Below the pieces are notes generated by a model. That model saw only the letters and a program-made list of their open reading frames with translations, was not told where the DNA came from and made no database searches. A DNA stretch of 64,000 nucleotides from Podarcis filfolensis (lineage: Eukaryota): assembly GCA_964270895.1 (NCBI GenBank), contig OZ185446.1, one strand, 5' to 3'. Every line of letters starts with the position of its first letter. Within the stretch, counting starts at the first letter, position 1. Made by a program: the position numbers and the translations under genes. Shown here one piece after another: positions 58,501 to 64,000 of the stretch.

Positions 58501-61500
58501 TAAAAAGGCAGAACTCTATCACACTACAGTTGGGATGGATTATCTCATGATTACATTTTGAGGGATTCCCCCATCTATGTGGCTATATACAAGAATTGGA
58601 CCTTTCAAACTTCAGTAGGAAGGGGTGTGTGTGATTCTTTACTTATTCTATTAACAAACCCCAACTTCCGCTCCAATGGTTTTCCTAAACTCATACTGCA
58701 ACCACCATATAATATCACTTATCCCGTTTGAACCCTTAACTTATCAACACCCCTGGTAACTGGGATATAGACATGGTGCAAAGCCTGACAGATAACTACA
58801 ATATTTTACAAAAATATTAATGTTTATTTACTACAAGAGTATGTAGTACACAAGCTTATGTGGTTGCTTTAGCTTAGTACTCTCTCTTTAAATAAGCATG
58901 CATTTGCTAAGTTGTTACTGCCACTTTAAATATCAACTGCTTATTTTACACTACCGTTATTAAACCATGGCAGCTCTGAGGAAGCAGTTAGGTTACCCTG
59001 TTAAAACCCTTTTGCCAGACTGCCCTTTTATCTACACCATCCTGCTTAACCCTGTCCTGGAATCTTCCTCTGAATCTCCACCCGGAATCCAGAGCCTACC
59101 ATTCCAAACTGCTTCTCACTTCTTCTACCTCAGTGCTGTAGACAGATCCCACCCCTCTCATTCATTTAGCTGAGCCAAGTGACTCACCTACCCCAGCAAG
59201 TCTTTGGCCACCAAACTATGCTGCCTTCCTCTCAGCTCCTCCTCTATTGTCTTCTTCTATGGGCTGTTCCCTATGAACATCAAGCGCCAACCAACATGGG
59301 CTGACTCCTGCCCCATCCCAGGTCTGGCCTTAGCCAATCACGTCTAACTAGAAATTCTACACCTGCAGCCAGCAGTCAGATAATGCATATATTCTACCCT
59401 TCTATGCATAATGAGCGTTTTATCTTCACCCCCTCTTCAGGTGTCAGTTAAGGTCCCCCATGACAATTAAATCAATTTTCACCTGATCAGACAGAAGACA
59501 ACCCCAAACACATTATAATACAAATGTCAGAACACATTATAATACTCAAAACTTGCCTCAAACAGGATTTCTTCCTGTTCAAGAAATCAATTTTAGAATA
59601 ACTACAAACACACAACTCAAATAGCCACAGACCTTGTCTTGTTGGAAAACACATGGAATGAGAGGGTGGTAACCTAAATTGTAGCAATTATCTGGATATT
59701 AATAATGTAATAATAAGTGGGCTAATAGTTTCATTTCTTATATCAAGTACTTTTTCTAGGGAAATTAAGTTACAGCATCCTTCAGATTCTGGGGGCGGGG
59801 TGGGTGTGGAATCGCCAAGAGTATTATTTATATAACTTGTATCCCACAGCCTTCATCATGAATGCTCTCAGGAGGCTAAAATGATAAAAACTATACTAAT
59901 GATCATAAGAGTCATCCATTACAATTATGAGTCATAAACAAGGCCAAGGGGGTAGCCAGTAAAAAAGATGCAATTATGAGTTTTAAAAAGCCCAATAAAA
60001 ACTTAGAAGTTATTCCTAAATGAAAGCCAAGGTTGGAAACCAGAAACTCAGGAAATTCCATTCTAAAAAGGCAGTTAGGTGTTCCAATTATAGCTATAAA
60101 ATTTTCCTACTTCACTGGGTATAGCTTAGGGAAGCTATTCACAAGCTGCAGCACTGAGCTCAAATAGTAAAGCTGAACAAGTACTGCTGCATGTTCGGAA
60201 CTTCAATGTAATTATACTGCATTAATGTAGATGATTAACACGCATTAATTAGGAGGAGCTTAGATCATCATTACAAATTATAACACAAGCTTTCCTGATT
60301 CAACACTGATTATTGTTCATGCACAATGCAGGCTGATTATAAAGATTATCAAAAAGATACTTTAACCTAATTAAATGTTATAGCCACAACAAATCTCTCT
60401 GGGGAGATGACTGTGAATCAGTATGAATGGGGTATTTGTAAACAGCTTTAATAAGATGCCTTGACATAATGGAAACAAATTAACTGCCAACCTACATGTA
60501 GTGAGCTAGGGCCAGATAAGTTAGTCCCTTGTGGAGAAAGAAAGACAAGCCACAGTTGTTTTACTGCATTTCACAAACCCTGGTTTTCACAACTGGTACA
60601 TATTATGGCGAAATAAAAACCTTTTATAACAAGGGGATTGTTATAACATTACTTCCCAGGCTTAATACACTCAAGATTAGAAGCCAACCTCAGATTTGCC
60701 CCTTCCCTGCTTTTCCTCATGAGCAGAAGTGGGATGATCCTGGACAGCAAGAGAGATTCCATATTTAAGTAAGTTAAAATAGAGAAGGGATAGCCAACTA
60801 CGCTATTCTTGAGTGTCCACCCTATTTTCCAAATGGTGGTTCACTATAGTCACAAGTATTCAGGTTCTATACTGATGCTGACAACTACCTACAGAATATT
60901 TAACCATCAGAAAATAACAGGAAGAAGCATACATATTAAAATTTGAGACAGTGAGAGAATTATATTTCTTATCTACTAACTGTGGCTAACAGTGGTCTTC
61001 TCATCAACAGGCTTTTATTTGCTTTTGAATCCAGGGATGTTCTATGTATTTTGCTGGCTTATTTTTTGTTCATTTTAATGATGTATTTTTAAAAGACATC
61101 TGAAGGCAGCCCTGTTTAGGGAAGTTTTTAATGTTTAATGCTGCATTGTGTTTTTAATGCAGTGGTACCTAGGGTTAAGAACTTAATTCGTTCTGGAGGT
61201 CCGTTCTTAACCTGAAACTGTTCTTAACCTGAAGCACCACTTTAGCTAATGGGGCCTCCTGCTGCTGCGCCGCCGGAGCACGATTTCTGTTCTCATCCTG
61301 AAGCAAAGTTCTTAACCCGAGGCACTATTTCTGGGTTAGCGGAGTCTGTAACCTGAAGCGTCTGTAACCCGAGGTACCACTGTATTCTGTTGGAAGCTGC
61401 CCAGAGTGGCTGGGGAAACCCAGCCAGATGGGCGAGGTATAAATTATAAATTAGTATTAGCAGTATTGTTTTGCTTGAAAGCTGATCAAGGAGCATTTAC

Positions 61501-62041
61501 TATGAGAAGTTTCATATTTTTCTTTATTCTTCATTAAATGTATTAAAGTCACAAGCAATTTGGACAAACCATCATGATTTAGAAGTACTGAACAAACAAA
61601 GGGACTGCATGAATTCATAGATATAAAGGACATTACCTGTAGCATGGGAAGCTCCAATCATTCTCCCACGAATTAGCCCTTCTCGCTTCTCATTTCTGAC
61701 TAGCTTTATATTGTTCGGAAGATTTTTTGTTAGATAAGCATCCAATTCTTCTTTCAGATCAGCTAGAGTAAGAAAAGGCAAGGGGAGTAAGACGGCATTT
61801 AGTAATCGGTCAGTAGTCCAAGTATCCTTAGACTACACTGCACAAAATTAACATATAATGTAAGAGTCTTTCACCTAATTCACTACTGTCATCCACCAAG
61901 ATAATTTCATGGAGAAGATTAGATGGTGTGCGGTCCAAAACGCTATGCACTGTCCGAAGCAAGGCAGAGAATGCTTCATTATAGAAACAAATTATAATGC
62001 TAGCGTAGGGCAGATCATGAGGATAACTTTTTTCTTTACAC
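49384..62041 (-). CDS. GALNT11: Polypeptide N-acetylgalactosaminyltransferase 11, multi-exon, 5'-partial
   Basis: Nine minus-strand exons join in frame: GT-A fold ([10 protein letters not shown]..., DxH motif [34 protein letters not shown]) then ricin-B lectin, ending QQWRFES*. It lies convergent with KMT2C, as known in other vertebrates. Confidence 0.96.
49760..50001. mobile_element. Pogo/Tigger-like MITE (CAGTGGTACCTCGGGTTA TIR family)
   Basis: TA|cagtggtacctcgggtta ... taacccgaggtaccacag|TA; subterminal ggttacatac repeats. Confidence 0.88.
50824..50961 (-). CDS. GALNT11: GALNT11 exon (~ex11), 138 nt, ricin-B lectin
   Basis: ctattag| [46 protein letters not shown] |gtgagt. Confidence 0.96.
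52022..52126 (-). CDS. GALNT11: GALNT11 exon (~ex10), 105 nt, ricin-B lectin
   Basis: tttgcag| [35 protein letters not shown] |gtaagt. Confidence 0.96.
52307..52429. mobile_element. Short TIR element (hAT-like)
   Basis: cataggcgtagccaag ... ctggctccacccatg; degenerate 8-bp TSD cctaacaa / cctaatag. Confidence 0.55.
53982..54200 (-). CDS. GALNT11: GALNT11 exon (~ex9), 219 nt
   Basis: gacatag| [44 protein letters not shown]...LQRGR |gtaaga. Confidence 0.96.
54349..54530. mobile_element. Young hAT-type MITE with internal 22-bp tandem repeat
   Basis: TIR cagtggcgtagcg / cgctacaccactg; perfect 8-bp TSD TGTACATG (54341-54348, 54531-54538); 3 x atttgcgccccctaacc[c/t]gtgg from 54393. Confidence 0.9.
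55106..55258 (-). CDS. GALNT11: GALNT11 exon (~ex8), 153 nt, followed by a GC donor
   Basis: tgagcag| [51 protein letters not shown] |gcaaga. Confidence 0.93.
55400..55495. mobile_element. Truncated hAT-type MITE (related to 31547)
   Basis: cagggtttcccaaact...gactacaattcccatcat...tgatgggagttgt. Confidence 0.55.
55620..55861. mobile_element. Pogo/Tigger-like MITE (CAGTGGTACCTCGGGTTA family)
   Basis: TA|cagtggtacctcgggtta ... aggtaccactg|TA; near-identical to 49760. Confidence 0.9.
55954..56071 (-). CDS. GALNT11: GALNT11 exon (~ex7), 118 nt
   Basis: ttttag| [39 protein letters not shown] |gtatgt. Confidence 0.97.
57021..57397. mobile_element. Tc1/mariner-pogo type MITE (TACCGTATTT family), CpG-rich interior
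   Basis: taccgtatttttcgccctatagga ... tcctatgggacgaaaaatacggta. Confidence 0.88.
57844..58093 (-). CDS. GALNT11: GALNT11 exon (~ex6), 250 nt, DxH motif
   Basis: ttctcag| [21 protein letters not shown]...[15 protein letters not shown]...ATSPI K|gtaaga. Confidence 0.97.
58260..58465. mobile_element. Penelope-like retroelement terminal insertion with inverted duplication (67-bp perfect palindrome)
   Basis: Arms 58272-58338 / 58349-58415, 10-nt loop; 13-bp direct repeat TTGGTACATCCAG at 58247-58259 and 58466-58478; hammerhead-like GAAAGCTC core. Confidence 0.8.
61087..61452 (+). mobile_element. L2 3' tail interrupted by a MITE
   Basis: Aligns by eye with 30177-30312 once 61160-61382 and one TA are removed. 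Confidence 0.8.
61160..61382. mobile_element. Pogo/Tigger-like MITE (CAGTGGTACC family), opposite orientation to the other two copies
   Basis: TG|cagtggtacctagggtta ... taacccgaggtaccactg|TA. Confidence 0.88.
61637..61762 (-). CDS. GALNT11: GALNT11 exon (~ex5), 126 nt
   Basis: actctag| [41 protein letters not shown] |gtaatg. Confidence 0.96.
61875..62041 (-). CDS. GALNT11: GALNT11 exon (~ex4), 167 nt
   Basis: cttgcag| [55 protein letters not shown] |gtgaaa. Confidence 0.96.
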
Positions 62042-64000
62042 CTGCAAGAAAGAAAAGGCACATATTATAACACATGGTTTTCAAAGAATGTTGCTAATAT
62101 TTCACGAACACCCCATATAATACCAAAATAGAAGCTGCACCCTCCCTTTTATAATAACCATGCAATATGCGTGTAGCTGTTTCCCCCACAGAATATCTTT
62201 TACTCATAAGTTTAAGAAACCATATGCCCTGTGAATCATTGGCACCTAAAAAAGGAGTCTGGCAATTCAGTTGCTGAGGAATACTGGATTTTGTTTTCTG
62301 TAGAGGATGCAGATTTATCCTTCTACTGTGCGTGCTTGTTGTTTGAAGAAACTGAACTCTGCATATTTTACATTTCTTCCTCTGCATTACATTTGTCCAC
62401 TAACTTTTTTTTTAAGATAATGAAAACAGGAAATTTAGGGAACACAGTCATCCTATCTCTAATGCCACCACAGATAAGTTACTCAAAATCCAGCCCTTTC
62501 CCTACCCCACCCCACTCATTTTCCTCCTCTGCTCCTTCCATTCATAACCCTTTCTTCACCTTACACTTCGTTCATCCTCCTCCTATCCCCATTTAATTTT
62601 TCTTTCAGCACTGCAATACCTTTCTAATCCTGATATCCTTCTAACAAACACATGAAGCTGCTTTATACAGAGTCAGACCACTGATCTATCTCATTCAATA
62701 TACTCCACACCAACTACAGCAGCATCTCAGACAGGGGTGTTCCCCAGTGCTACCTAGAGGTGGCAGTACTTGATTCAGAGATTTTCAGCATGCAAAGAAT
62801 ATATGCTCTTTCCCCTTTTAATTCCCTTCTTCCCTACTTTACTGTTCCTTAAAACTTTAAACACTATTCTTTAAATTTCTCCACAGCTTTTTTCCCTGTC
62901 CATTTGCATGTCTTTCTAAGACCCAAATATCTTTCCCTTTCTATTCCATTCTTTTCCCCTTCTTCAAGCTATTCCTCATATTCAGCAATTTCCACGGCTC
63001 ATTTTTACTTTTACTGACCCCTGTACGTACAAGTAGGGCCTCCTATATTACAGAACCTCTTACAATTCTATAGCTTAGAGAAAATATGTAACAGTAATGA
63101 TGCAAAAAAAATGATAGTATATCTAATTTCCAGTTAAGCTTGAGTCCTAGGAATTCTCAATTAAACACTGAATCAAAGGAAAGCAGGGTAGGGAGCTGCA
63201 TTTTTCCTTCCTTCTCTCCAATATTGCTTCTAGAAAATTATACAGGTTACTAAGTTTTGCAAAGTATCTTGCAGCCCTGTTCATAACCATACTTAAAACA
63301 CAGAATGATGTCAAGAATGAACTCAATGTTCACTCTGTCCTAATAAGGAGATAAAGGCTTTTTAAGTGAGATCTTTGAACCTACACATTACAACAGGATC
63401 ATGACAAAGCCAAAATCAAAGCTCAAAAAAACAAAATATTCAGTGATCTGCAACTATTAGGGCTGTTTCACAAATCTGGATATTTAATTTGAAATGAAAA
63501 GATTGGTTTCTCAAGGTACACAATATATAGCTGCATTACAAGAAAAAGGAAGACAGCCTTTTGTGCATGCATATGTTTAAAGTTGGTTCTGAATTTTTAA
63601 ATTCTGTATGGATAGCAATGCCATAGTGATTATCAGATTTTACATTGCAAAGAACTTCACACACAAAGGGCACAATCTAGCCAAAGTTAAGCACTTTAAG
63701 CAACAGAAAGATACATATTTGTCTTGCATACTGCACAGCAAGAACCGTCAAGCAATTCTACATGTTATGCATATTTTGCCAATGTAAATACAAAAAGGAA
63801 ATTATTTTCAAAACCATGTTATTTCTGAATCGCTCCCTTTCTTAATATAATTTCTGGTATGGTCTGAATTTCTTACTTCTCATCCTCTCTCATTTCCATC
63901 AGCTCTCTATTTGGGGGGAAATATGCTCATTCGACAACTCTGAGGAGACCTTAAATCTGTAGAGGACTGGAAGAAAAATGTTTACTTTATGAAAAAACTA

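Noticed and set aside
58560-59467. Possible solo LTR (ends ...catgaca, contains CCAAT and AATAAA-like motifs)
   Set aside because: Could not find a matching left boundary, TSD or PBS/PPT
62042-64000. Search for the next upstream GALNT11 exon
   Set aside because: No matching coding exon seen; it lies outside the window
1-64000. rRNA, tRNA, snoRNA genes or CRISPR arrays
   Set aside because: None recognisable; faint tRNA-SINE-like remnants near 31480-31550 and 62720-62810 are too degraded to call

Overview
Vertebrate genomic DNA, not microbial. The repeat content (CR1, L2, Penelope-like, hAT and Tc1/pogo MITEs) suggests a squamate reptile, possibly a lacertid lizard; this is an inference. The window holds two convergent genes. 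(1) The 3' roughly three quarters of the KMT2C/MLL3 H3K4 methyltransferase CDS lies on the + strand (810-45675). I traced 35 canonical exons by splice sites and frame, covering the HMG box, Pro/Gln-rich region, ePHD, FYRN/FYRC, WIN motif, SET and post-SET, plus two frame-preserving cassette exons of 48 and 165 nt. (2) The last nine coding exons of GALNT11 lie on the - strand (62041-49384), with one GC-AG intron. A 140-N assembly gap (47232-47371) sits between the two 3' ends. Exon numbers are human-equivalent labels recalled from memory, not derived here. Most short ORFs in the supplied track are intronic or antisense noise. The most notable observations are: a recently amplified 8 x 42-nt coding minisatellite in KMT2C; a candidate RBFOX/PTBP-type 48-nt microexon; Penelope-like termini carrying minimal hammerhead ribozyme motifs, none intact, one forming a perfect 67-bp palindrome with a 13-bp TSD; a candidate poison or alternative last exon in the SET/post-SET intron; and several nested transposon insertions. 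I see no rRNA, tRNA or CRISPR array, and no clearly new multi-gene system.
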